64,000 nt of DNA from a virus (lineage: Duplodnaviria > Caudoviricetes). Location of the stretch: positions 1,355 through 65,354 of the IMG/VR virus record IMGVR_UViG_644736328_000002; one strand, given 5' to 3'. Both the position numbers and the translations under genes were made by a program. The notes under the pieces were generated by a model. That model was not told where the DNA came from. It did no database searches and was given only the letters and a program-made list of their open reading frames with translations. Shown piece after piece: positions 33,545 through 42,671 of this stretch; the stretch's first letter is position 1; every line of letters begins with the position of its first letter.

Positions 33545-36500
33545 TCACAATATGCCGGCGCCAAAATCACTCACCATTGACCGCGCTGCTGGTCCACCGG
33601 TAAGCGTGAGTTTCAAGCGTGCTTGTTTGGCTCCTTTGTCACCACTGATAAATTTGCGCTCTGTCCAAAGCGGCTCGGCAAGTTGCTCTGTTTCCTCTAA
33701 TGTGAGAGGAACAAAAGCACCATCATCCAGTTGCATCTCGAGTGAGAAGGTTGCACCGCCCGGTAAAAATGTTTTGATATAACTCGTTAACCTTGCCTTT
33801 TCCCCAAAGGCAAAAGCACGGGTGACATAAGTGGCTTCCTTATGAATCTTTCCTGCAATCAATTGAACAGGAGCAAACAAGACGGGTGAGAGCTTTTCGG
33901 TGCCTTTGAGAATAGCGCGAAGCTTTACCTTTTCACTGATATATTCGGTAAGACTGAGTAATTGAAAGGGAAGGAGTTGATAAACCGTGCCGTTGTTTCG
34001 TTCAATTTCAAAGATGACAGAACAATCGCTTGAAGGCAATTCAATGGCTGCGCGTATTTGTAAATCAGAGCAGTCCACAAGATCAAATGTGCCAAGATCA
34101 ATGGTTTTTTCTGTTTGTGTGTAGCGTGCGGCTAGCACTCGAAAAGCTAAAGCCTCATCTTGATGGGCGGTCCATGTCTGCGCATTGACAGAAGAAAAGC
34201 GTGGACCGGTCACGTAAGGGTGGCTTGAAACGTATCTCTGGTGTTCTGCATCAAAATCTCCAAGTTTTGCCAGTGAGACGGAATGGTCAGCATCATCTGT
34301 CTTGATAACGAAAGCCGTTAAGCGGTCATCCATCACAAGGAGTGGTACATCATAGCGTGCCTCTGCCCATCCTGTTTTTGCGCCCTTCATAGAATAAAAG
34401 CTTTGTGCTTGAATATCGGCGGTCGGATAGCCATTTTCTGTGGTGACCAAATCAATCACCAAATCATGGTTTTGATTACCGATTTTGCAAAGATGAAAGT
34501 CAATTCCTGTGATTTGCCGTGTTTCATCCGGTGTAAAAACTTGCGCTTGTGGGTCGACTTGCGTCCATATCTTCACCGTTGTGGTGCGCCGCATCACTTT
34601 CACATCAATCACACCTTGACCGGTAAAAAGCCCCGTTGCAATTGTTCCACCTTTCCCCCGTGCCACAACATTTTTTGTGCCAGCCGTAATGTTTTGTGGA
34701 ATCTTAAAAGTGCCCTCAAGGGTGCCCTTGCTATCGGCAACAAGGCGGCTTGCTGGCAAGACATTCACACCATCAAAGGTAAGACTTTCCAAGATTTCTC
34801 TACTGCCAAGACCTTCAATTTTGAAGTGAAGGGTAATTTGTCTCAAAAAATCGATTTGCTCTTGAGTCTCATTGACCAAGTCATCATGCACTTCTGTGTT
34901 ACGGATAGTTCTGCCACGGTTCCTGCCCATGATGATCTGATTGGTGACACCCGAGAGCCAATCGGTGCGCTGTTCATGCCAAAAGTCTGTCGCGGGTTCA
35001 AGGGTTACTGTACCAGGCAGGGGTGCAAAATTTTGATAGGGGTTGATTTTTTCGCAAGCCGTTGTCAACTCTTGCGCAATGATCACTTCATTTGTCCAGT
35101 CAAGGGTGACAGGCGCTTTTAAAGGAGCAGTGTAAAATGTTGGATCAATAGCAAGCTGCAAAATGCCGTTGCCTACAGCCCCCGTTTGCGTAAAGCCTTC
35201 ATCTCTGTAACTATCATCAAGAAAGGGATCAGCGAACATGCCTTTTTTGGCAACAGGTTCTTTAGAGTCGACATTGCTTTTAATGCGCTCTAACTGCATG
35301 AGACGGTCAAGGGAGAGCACCCGTTGAAAATAACGCCACATCTCATCATAGGGGGCAACACGCGTTCCATCATTGACCACACTCGGCGTTTCAAGCCAAT
35401 TGTTGGTGATCGTTGCAAGGGACAACACATCATCAGGGACACTGGGTGCCATGGGGTGATCTGCCGAGATACCTTTGATGTAAACCACATTGCCCCCCGT
35501 GTTGAGACCTATACGGTCAATGCGGGGTAATTTGTAAGTGTAACTGACGATAATATCACCACCTTGCGCCCCACCTGAGACGGTTATTTCCTGCGCTGTT
35601 ACTTTATCAGCCGTGATTTTTGCGCGGTAACGATAAGTCACCTTATAGCTGCTCCCTGCTAAAGGTTCGTCTCCCATGGGTGCCCAATCAATGGTGTCTC
35701 CGGTTTTTTTAAAATCTGTGCCTTCTTTAAATTCCTTGCTTCCTTGAACGACTTTAATAAACGCGGTGATGCTTTTATCAGGAACACCATCACGCCCAGC
35801 GGCAATTGCACCGCGGGTGACATTAACGGTTTTTTCTTTTGTCAACAAAAGAGACTGAATATCGGCAATAGGAAAATAATAGGGTTTAAAGGTAAAACTT
35901 GTTTTCCCTTTTGGAGGTGCAAAAATATGTGTTTCGCTTGGAACAACACTTGTCGAAAAATCTTCCATCTCTTCATGGCGCAAGGCAGCTAAGCGCTTGC
36001 GTTTAAAGCCGTTGATATTGGCTTCTCCTTCTTGAATACTAAACACTTGGCAGCCGTTATTTGCTCCCAATGCGCTCACACGGCAGCCACTCACGATATA
36101 ATGCCCATGGGCACGGTCATATGTCGCAATGGCTTGCATGGCGGGTTCAAGCAATGAGGGGGATTTTTGATCAATCAGAACACCATCTTGTAAAATATAA
36201 ACGGGAAAGAAAGTGCCACTTTGCGCATCCTCTTTCAGTGCCCAAACAAGCTTTGCTGTTTCGCGTGCGGCACCAGGCTCTCCTTCTGCCAAGGTGCCAG
36301 GGACTTGCCCCAATAGCTCTGGATCATCCTCATATGTCACCCATTTTTTTTGTAGCTTCACACCAATTTCAATGCGTCCAATCATGGAAACATTGTTAAG
36401 TACAGCGGGTGCAACGGGGAAAATATCGCCTGCGATATAAATCTTGCCATCCGTTAATGTTACGGTCCTTGTCTTTTTGCTGACAAAGGCATCAGCTCGT

Positions 36501-36688
36501 TCAACGCGATCTCCTTCTTGTGCCACAAGGCGCCCCAAGCGGTCATGCCGTCCCCTTATAATGGTTTGAACTTCATTGAGTTCACCACTTTGAATAAAGG
36601 GACGCGTGCCATAAAAGACAACACTTTGTTGTTCCTCTTTGCCGCGAGATCTGTCAATTGCAAACGGTAAACCACTTTCATGCTTCAT
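33545..36688 (-). CDS. Large baseplate/tail protein (DUF4815-like)
   Basis: 1047 aa, 'IQSGELNEVQ' N-terminus; between the gpI-like and fibre genes. Confidence 0.7.
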   Translation of the reverse strand: MKHESGLPFAIDRSRGKEEQQSVVFYGTRPFIQSGELNEVQTIIRGRHDRLGRLVAQEGDRVERADAFVSKKTRTVTLTDGKIYIAGDIFPVAPAVLNNVSMIGRIEIGVKLQKKWVTYEDDPELLGQVPGTLAEGEPGAARETAKLVWALKEDAQSGTFFPVYILQDGVLIDQKSPSLLEPAMQAIATYDRAHGHYIVSGCRVSALGANNGCQVFSIQEGEANINGFKRKRLAALRHEEMEDFSTSVVPSETHIFAPPKGKTSFTFKPYYFPIADIQSLLLTKEKTVNVTRGAIAAGRDGVPDKSITAFIKVVQGSKEFKEGTDFKKTGDTIDWAPMGDEPLAGSSYKVTYRYRAKITADKVTAQEITVSGGAQGGDIIVSYTYKLPRIDRIGLNTGGNVVYIKGISADHPMAPSVPDDVLSLATITNNWLETPSVVNDGTRVAPYDEMWRYFQRVLSLDRLMQLERIKSNVDSKEPVAKKGMFADPFLDDSYRDEGFTQTGAVGNGILQLAIDPTFYTAPLKAPVTLDWTNEVIIAQELTTACEKINPYQNFAPLPGTVTLEPATDFWHEQRTDWLSGVTNQIIMGRNRGRTIRNTEVHDDLVNETQEQIDFLRQITLHFKIEGLGSREILESLTFDGVNVLPASRLVADSKGTLEGTFKIPQNITAGTKNVVARGKGGTIATGLFTGQGVIDVKVMRRTTTVKIWTQVDPQAQVFTPDETRQITGIDFHLCKIGNQNHDLVIDLVTTENGYPTADIQAQSFYSMKGAKTGWAEARYDVPLLVMDDRLTAFVIKTDDADHSVSLAKLGDFDAEHQRYVSSHPYVTGPRFSSVNAQTWTAHQDEALAFRVLAARYTQTEKTIDLGTFDLVDCSDLQIRAAIELPSSDCSVIFEIERNNGTVYQLLPFQLLSLTEYISEKVKLRAILKGTEKLSPVLFAPVQLIAGKIHKEATYVTRAFAFGEKARLTSYIKTFLPGGATFSLEMQLDDGAFVPLTLEETEQLAEPLWTERKFISGDKGAKQARLKLTLTGGPAARSMVSDFGAGIL

Positions 36689-36689
36689 A

Positions 36690-37796
36690 TTAAAACCTCA
36701 ATAAAATCTTGAATTGTTCGCGAACATCGGCACGCAAAGGAATATTAATGGGCGTTTTGAGTATCTCGACACCGCCATTCAGTTCATCAGGCTCACACCA
36801 AAGCTTGCCAAAGGGGATATCTTGTTTGGGAATGCCGTGAACGAGAATGGAAATAAATGCTGCTTGTTTCCCATCAACATCGTGAAAGTCTGTGCGGGCT
36901 GCAACAAGAAGCGCCGTGCCCCTCGGGGAGGGCTGATAGTGATTATCTGAATGGCTGTACACACCATCCAAAACCTGTTCGACAGGCGCTACAGCATAGC
37001 ATCTTTGATACCCAATCGCGCCATCTTTGGTGTCTCTTAACACGAGATAAAGCGTGCGGCCATGAAACCATTCTGCCATGAGTATATCGCGTTCATGTTT
37101 TTTGACCGAACACCACGGAAAATTTGCCATGTCCCATGGATAATCGATTTGGTTCCAGCTTAATTCTTCATCCCCATCATCTATCCAATTGCCAATAAGC
37201 CTGCCTTCTTCTCTTGTGAGCGTGTGATTGATCTCTGTTGTGCGCCCAAAGGAAAACAAAGTGCCCCCAGCTGTTAAGTGAACACCGCTTTCATACTCCA
37301 ACATGCTGTCATCAAGCCGTGACATATTGCATTCAACAGCTTGCACATCATAGCCATAGGTCCCTCGACGAAAATCAGAGCGCAAACTTTTGGAGAGGTC
37401 GGTAATCGCTTCAATGGCTTCAAGGCTTTTGCGTTCAGGGAGGCTGTCAAAGTAAAGTTGAAAGGAATTCCACCATACCCGCCCCGTCCATGCGGGTTGA
37501 AAGCGCGCTGTAATCTGGAGCCATTCAAGCCCCACCTCTATTGCAGCAAGGGAGCCGCGCAAGCGCTGCCATTGAAGCCCTTGATCAATCAGATCATAGA
37601 GATTTGGAACATAAGGCGTAAGCTCTCCAAGCCCGTATTCTTCAATGAGCCACGGCAAGAAGCGGGGAGGGCGTGTGATCAGTTTAGAACGTGAAATCCC
37701 CAAAACAGAACCATCAATATCTTGATGAAAATCGCAAGCATCGGCAAGGCGCTTTTCAAATTCTGTCGCGTTTGTGGGAAGGAGGGAACCAACCAT
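36690..37796 (-). CDS. Tail/baseplate protein (P2 gpI-like)
   Basis: 'SLLP.NAT.FE', 'FLPWL..EYGL', 'RGSLAAI..GL'. Confidence 0.8.
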   Translation of the reverse strand: MVGSLLPTNATEFEKRLADACDFHQDIDGSVLGISRSKLITRPPRFLPWLIEEYGLGELTPYVPNLYDLIDQGLQWQRLRGSLAAIEVGLEWLQITARFQPAWTGRVWWNSFQLYFDSLPERKSLEAIEAITDLSKSLRSDFRRGTYGYDVQAVECNMSRLDDSMLEYESGVHLTAGGTLFSFGRTTEINHTLTREEGRLIGNWIDDGDEELSWNQIDYPWDMANFPWCSVKKHERDILMAEWFHGRTLYLVLRDTKDGAIGYQRCYAVAPVEQVLDGVYSHSDNHYQPSPRGTALLVAARTDFHDVDGKQAAFISILVHGIPKQDIPFGKLWCEPDELNGGVEILKTPINIPLRADVREQFKILLRF

Positions 37797-38623
37797 TAGC
37801 GCGCACGCCCTTTGAAGTTTAAGGTGATTTTTCCAATCGATAAAACTTCTTCGTCACAAACCGTACTGTCCCTTGTTGGTGTAATGGCGATCACTTTTTG
37901 GACACCAGCAATCATGAGTTTTGAAATCCACCACGACAAACTTAATTCACGACCAATGGCTTGTTCTTGTCTCCATGCTGCTCTTAAATTTGTTTCCATT
38001 GTTGTAAGAATTTTCAAAGATGTTTCTGGTAACAGCCAAACATCTGCTTCTAAATCCAGCACTTTTTTGACAGCAGCGTGAACAATGATTGTATCATTGG
38101 TCATGATGATATTTTTTCTGTGAAGAGCTTCTGAGACTGTTTGTATGAGATCTTCAGATGCCGTTCCTTCTTCATTGTTGCCAAAAAGAGCAATATAGAT
38201 GGTTGGGTCTTTGCCTTTACGGTAAACAATCGCATCCTTAACACGACTATCGGCTGTTAAGGCTATAAGCTTGTAATAGGGCTCTGTTCCGCTACCATTG
38301 CCACCACGGGCATGAAGCTCTATACGTTCACGATATCTCTCGTCACTTTCACCCTCCATGCGGGCAAGACCATGCCAGTTTCCCAAAGCGTCAAGAGATT
38401 CACCGGTTGCAAAATCAAGAATGTTGTTGCGTGCCGCTTCGTTAATACGCTGTCTTAAAAGCAACTCTCGATAGCTAAAAGCCTCAATGACTTTTACAGC
38501 CGGATCACTTTCAAGAATGGTATATTCCGGCAAAAGCTCTTTTAAATGGGCAAGAGCAGCAGCGCGTATTTCCTCAAAAGAAAGTTCTGTGATGATTTCG
38601 GGTTTTGCAAGTACTCCATTCAT
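37796..38623 (-). CDS. Baseplate J-like protein
   Basis: 'ESDP..K..E..SYRE...RQRINEAA', 'ESDERYRERI'. Confidence 0.92.
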   Translation of the reverse strand: MNGVLAKPEIITELSFEEIRAAALAHLKELLPEYTILESDPAVKVIEAFSYRELLLRQRINEAARNNILDFATGESLDALGNWHGLARMEGESDERYRERIELHARGGNGSGTEPYYKLIALTADSRVKDAIVYRKGKDPTIYIALFGNNEEGTASEDLIQTVSEALHRKNIIMTNDTIIVHAAVKKVLDLEADVWLLPETSLKILTTMETNLRAAWRQEQAIGRELSLSWWISKLMIAGVQKVIAITPTRDSTVCDEEVLSIGKITLNFKGRAR

Positions 38624-38961
38624 TTTATCAATAATCCTTCCATGGTAATGGGCTTGCCGGATGGCAAATAAATACCTTCAAAGGACAAAGAAACTTGTCC
38701 AGCATCAACCATTTTAAAATCAATTTTTTTCAATTTAAAACGCGGTTCCCACTTGTCTAAAGCCTCAGCAACAGCGGCATAAAGAGCAACAGCAAAAGCA
38801 TTATTAACCGGTGCATCAATGAGTTCTGCAACACGTGAACCATAATCACGCCGCATTACACGCGAACCAATCCGCGTTGACAAAATATCAAGGATTGATT
38901 GGCGCAAATGATCAATGCCGGTCAATGACTTTCCCGTTGTACGGTCCATTCCACTGTTCAA
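38620..38961 (-). CDS. Baseplate wedge protein (gpW/gp25-like)
   Basis: 'GMDRTTG', 'HLRQSI.DIL.T..GSRVMRRDYGS', 'WEPR'. Confidence 0.93.
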   Translation of the reverse strand: MNSGMDRTTGKSLTGIDHLRQSILDILSTRIGSRVMRRDYGSRVAELIDAPVNNAFAVALYAAVAEALDKWEPRFKLKKIDFKMVDAGQVSLSFEGIYLPSGKPITMEGLLIK

Positions 38962-39659
38962 TTGGGACCTCCTGTCATAGAACCACCAGGGAAAACACCA
39001 CCATGAACATGTGTTGCTCCTACATTGGTGTCGTTATGCTTTAGTCCACTTGAATGAATGGAAACATTACTCCCAGAATGAAGAGAGAGACTATCATTCG
39101 AATTCAGTGAAATGCCATCACCAGCCTTCAAAGAGATGCCGCCTTTTGCGTTTAAATTTATATCGCTTTCTGAAACAATCTTTATGCCTTCCGGTGCGGT
39201 AAGCTCTAGCTTGCCACCATCACCTTTTAGTGACACACCATCAGAGATTGTCAGGATAAATTTTCCCCCTGATTTGATATGAATTCCATAAGTGTTTTGT
39301 TCATCATCATATTCAAGGCTGGTTCCATCAGGGTATATAGTTCGGTGAATGCTGCCTTTATCGGCTGCTTGATTAGCATCGGTGTGAAGTGAACCAACAA
39401 TCACTCCTTGTGATAAATCCCCTGATGATGAAAGAACAATCACTTGCTCTCCAACATCGCGTCCTTCATAAGAGCGTGTTTTACCGGCGCGGGCTTGTGT
39501 GTCTGGAATCCAATCACTGACAAGATTGCCACTTTTTATCCGATAGCGTGCGTTTTTATGGTCGACATGGCTAATCTTACCCACCACAACCATATTGGCT
39601 ACACGTCTTTTTAGATCTGTGATTTCTTTATCGCGCCGCTCTAACATGTCCACCTTCAA
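38958..39659 (-). CDS. Baseplate spike (gpV-like)
   Basis: 'SDWIP....RAG..R.....VGEQV', terminal 'THVHGGV.PG...TGGP'. Confidence 0.92.
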   Translation of the reverse strand: MKVDMLERRDKEITDLKRRVANMVVVGKISHVDHKNARYRIKSGNLVSDWIPDTQARAGKTRSYEGRDVGEQVIVLSSSGDLSQGVIVGSLHTDANQAADKGSIHRTIYPDGTSLEYDDEQNTYGIHIKSGGKFILTISDGVSLKGDGGKLELTAPEGIKIVSESDINLNAKGGISLKAGDGISLNSNDSLSLHSGSNVSIHSSGLKHNDTNVGATHVHGGVFPGGSMTGGPN

Positions 39660-40176
39660 TTTTATGGTATTTATCTTTATTTCTCACGCCTGTTTCTGGT
39701 TCAAAGCTTAAGAAAGGTTCAACGAGTCTTTCTGTTACACTGCCTTCTTCTTCATCCATGTTGGGGATATTTGTCACATAAATGACTTCAAAGGTTAAAA
39801 TTGCACCATGGAGCGCTAGGGCGCCATTATCACCAAAGGCAAAAGCAATATTTTGCAGGCGGCATGTCTCAACAGTGTTGTTAAGATTAGGATTAGCGTA
39901 GAAAACCTCCTCAACTTCCCATGCTAATTGATCAACAAAACGTGCTCCATCTTCACATGTCGCATAACATTCAACATCTAGCGTTAAAACACGCCGCCTT
40001 ACTCCATAATCATAGCCATCTTCAATCGTTTCACTTTGTGTTGAGATATTAATTGCAGGTGTGTTCTCAGGGGAGAAGTTGAAATCACGCATATTGAAAA
40101 CATTGTTACCGGCTGCCGTCTTTGCTGCTTTGATCAACGCAACAAATGTTTCTCTTATCGTCTCTCTAGGATGCAT
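39628..40176 (-). CDS. Putative tail terminator/neck protein
   Basis: 182 aa in the head-tail junction position; 'HPRE.IR...V.L.K' pattern. Confidence 0.6.
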   Translation of the reverse strand: MHPRETIRETFVALIKAAKTAAGNNVFNMRDFNFSPENTPAINISTQSETIEDGYDYGVRRRVLTLDVECYATCEDGARFVDQLAWEVEEVFYANPNLNNTVETCRLQNIAFAFGDNGALALHGAILTFEVIYVTNIPNMDEEEGSVTERLVEPFLSFEPETGVRNKDKYHKIEGGHVRAAR

Positions 40177-40252
40177 GAGTGTTCCTGTTTAAACAGATTG
40201 ATTTTTAATCATTTTTATTGTATTTGTGGATACATTTTGATATACATACGTT

Positions 40253-40552
40253 ATGGTAGCAAACATCAAAGTTCATGGCATAAATTGGGATGATGGTAAC
40301 TGGCCAAAATGTGCCAAACATGGAGTTTCTAAAAAAGAAATTGAGTATTTATTCACTGAACCTGGAAATCTCGTCATAAAGCATGACCCCAATATTAAAG
40401 AAGAGCGTTTCAGAGCCATTGGACGAAGCTATAATGAGCGATATATTTTTTTAGTTTTTACCTTAAGAACAATAAAGAACGAATTGTTTGTACGTCCTAT
40501 TAGCGCTCGTTATATGCACCAAAAGGAGATTGATTTTTATGAAAACCTCTAA
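40253..40552 (+). CDS. brnT: BrnT-family toxin
   Basis: 'WD..N..K..KHGVS..E.E..F', 'EERF.AIG', 'VRPISAR'. Confidence 0.9.
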   Translation: MVANIKVHGINWDDGNWPKCAKHGVSKKEIEYLFTEPGNLVIKHDPNIKEERFRAIGRSYNERYIFLVFTLRTIKNELFVRPISARYMHQKEIDFYENL

Positions 40553-40811
40553 ATTAAAACAAATGCCCGTTTTTAAGACGGATGAAGAAGCAGAAAACTT
40601 TGTTGATACTGCAGATCTTACTGATTATGACTTAACTGGTTTTAAGCCTGTTCATTTTGAATTTTTACCTAAAGAAGCCTCTATGAATATTCGCTTACCT
40701 CAAGCACTTATGAAGGCTTTAAAGGAAAAAGCTAAAAATCAAGCTATCCCTTACACACGCTATGTTCGACATCTCATCGAACGAGATTTACGAAAAAGCC
40801 ATCGTAATTGA
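40539..40811 (+). CDS. brnA: BrnA/CopG-family antitoxin
   Basis: 'P.FKTDEEAE.F..T.DL..Y', RHH 'MNIRLP..L...K..A....IPY..Y'; start overlaps brnT. Confidence 0.85.
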   Translation: MKTSKLKQMPVFKTDEEAENFVDTADLTDYDLTGFKPVHFEFLPKEASMNIRLPQALMKALKEKAKNQAIPYTRYVRHLIERDLRKSHRN

Positions 40812-40849
40812 CCAATATCCTCTGTAGAGGATATAAGAAAGGATGAAAG

Positions 40850-41167
40850 ATGAACAATAATCATTATACCTATCGTGTTTTGTGGTCGCAAGAAGATGAG
40901 GAATATGTTGGGTTGTGTGCAGAATTCCCATTCCTTTCATGGTTAGATGCTCAAGCAGAGAAAGCTTTAAAAGGTATTATGGACCTTGTTTCAGAAGTTG
41001 TTGAGGACATGCAACATAATGGAGAAGAAGTTCCTGTGCCTTTGTCACATGGTAAATATAGTGGTAAGTTTCAATTAAGAATACCACCAGAGCTCCATAG
41101 AAAACTTGCAATACAAGCCGCTGAAAATGGTGTGAGTTTAAACAGATACATTTCTTCTAAACTGTAA
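40850..41167 (+). CDS. hicB: Orphan HicB-family antitoxin
   Basis: 'Y...WS.EDEEYVG.CAEFP.LS', 'YSGKF.LRIPPELH..LAI.AA..GVSLN'; no adjacent hicA. Confidence 0.85.
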   Translation: MNNNHYTYRVLWSQEDEEYVGLCAEFPFLSWLDAQAEKALKGIMDLVSEVVEDMQHNGEEVPVPLSHGKYSGKFQLRIPPELHRKLAIQAAENGVSLNRYISSKL

Positions 41168-41245
41168 TTTTTCTCTTTATAAACATTCGTTTTTAACCAC
41201 CTCCCCATTTTTGAGAACAGGGAGGGGAGTTGTGTTTTTTTTAAG

Positions 41246-41524
41246 TTAAGCTACCTTTTTAATGGGAGACTCCAAATTTGGTTCGTAAGCTTTCAATAAA
41301 GGCACCATAACTGTAGGAAACTCTGAATATCCAAAATCTGTAAGAATTGCTAGAATCTTGAGTGCATTCGGCAACTCATCTTGAAGTTTTAAAATCAAAG
41401 CTTTTTCCACTACGCTCATAGTATCAACCAAAGCAGTACACTCTTTGTCGCTCATATTTTCATGTCTAGAAAACTGTGATAACGCCATCCATAAATCGCA
41501 TAAGAAGTCGACACTGCTATTCAT
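41246..41524 (-). CDS. Conserved hypothetical protein coupled to the antirepressor gene
   Basis: Paralogue of 20853-21131. Confidence 0.7.
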   Translation of the reverse strand: MNSSVDFLCDLWMALSQFSRHENMSDKECTALVDTMSVVEKALILKLQDELPNALKILAILTDFGYSEFPTVMVPLLKAYEPNLESPIKKVA

Positions 41525-42252
41525 TGCACACCTCCATGGATTTGTTCTCTCAAACAAGCTAATCCTCTAGATGTGATTTTCGTTGAAGGCAGCAACTTTT
41601 CTGTACCATCCGGTCTTTGAATGGTAATAGCAGGGCAATCCATGAATCCTTTCTTGATTTTATCTTGATAAGGTAATAGAGGAGCTCCTGGAGCACGTCG
41701 ATAAACCCAATCATGTTTTCGCAAGTAATCCGTTAAATCTTTTGGTCGTACCTCCAACATCTTTGCTGCTTCAATAAGACCAAACAGACCATCAGAGCGC
41801 TTTAAACCATCAAGTGCTTTTGCTTTTGGTGCTAATTCAGCGATAACATGATCTTTCTGCTCTATTTGGCTTTGTAAGTGATTCAAAACACCAAGTAATG
41901 CTTCGGGTTTAGAGTAGTCAACTTGTGGGGTTGCTACTTGTTTCAAAAGCCGTTCGCATTTGATAAAGTATTGACGCGCCTCATGCCCTTTGTCATTACG
42001 CTCTATCATCGAAAGATGTTTAGCCATGTCTAACGTAATGTGGTATTCTTTTACCTTTCCACCGCTTACTAAATTTTTAGTAAGCGTTATAAAGTTTATA
42101 TTTTCGAGAAACTTACATTCTTTAATACGATTTTTAATCCAATCATTAAAGCGAGCTTTTATTTCTAAAAACGTATGTAAATCACGCGCGTTAACAGTTT
42201 GAACAGTTTCCTGATCAACAACCTGTTCTCTAATTTCTATAAGAGTATTCAT
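41521..42252 (-). CDS. Antirepressor (AntA/AntB plus ANT/KilAC)
   Basis: VNARDLHTFLE...LDMAKHLSMIERN, then an ANT domain. Confidence 0.9.
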   Translation of the reverse strand: MNTLIEIREQVVDQETVQTVNARDLHTFLEIKARFNDWIKNRIKECKFLENINFITLTKNLVSGGKVKEYHITLDMAKHLSMIERNDKGHEARQYFIKCERLLKQVATPQVDYSKPEALLGVLNHLQSQIEQKDHVIAELAPKAKALDGLKRSDGLFGLIEAAKMLEVRPKDLTDYLRKHDWVYRRAPGAPLLPYQDKIKKGFMDCPAITIQRPDGTEKLLPSTKITSRGLACLREQIHGGVQ

Positions 42253-42261
42253 AATGAATTC

Positions 42262-42527
42262 CTTATGGTTAGACGTTTCTTAATGACACTCTAGAAAAGT
42301 GCCGGGCGCTAAGAAACACGGCCATAAGTCCGTCGTTACACTTTCCCCGCAAGGGTATTGTATAGCGTAACCACACCCGACAGATATTATTATACGCATG
42401 TAGCATATAATGAGTCAAAGTCTTTAATGTATAGAAGACTGATTATTTCGGTAACCAATCCGCTTATGGTTCTAAGGTGTTTCTTAGGCACCTGATTCGA
42501 TTATTCATACTCCTGTCATAATGTCAA
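42262..42527 (-). ncRNA. C4-like antisense RNA leader, cassette 3
   Basis: -35 at 42522-27; a1 42477-86 / b1 42463-69; a' 42310-19 / b' 42322-28; a2 42275-82 / b2 42262-68. Confidence 0.75.
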
Positions 42528-42671
42528 GCAGTAATATTACATTTTTCTAAAAATCGTTTTTACACAAGTAATCGATTAAATTCTTTAATTGTGATCCGAA
42601 TATCCTTTCTTTTCCAATAAAATCAAACAAGCCAGTGATAGGTTTGAATTCACAATCGTTTTTTTTTGTTT

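Noticed and set aside
41170-41195. Resemblance to the TA promoter at 20115-20145 (aaacattcgttt)
   Set aside because: -35 and palindrome are broken and no gene follows; at most a recombination scar
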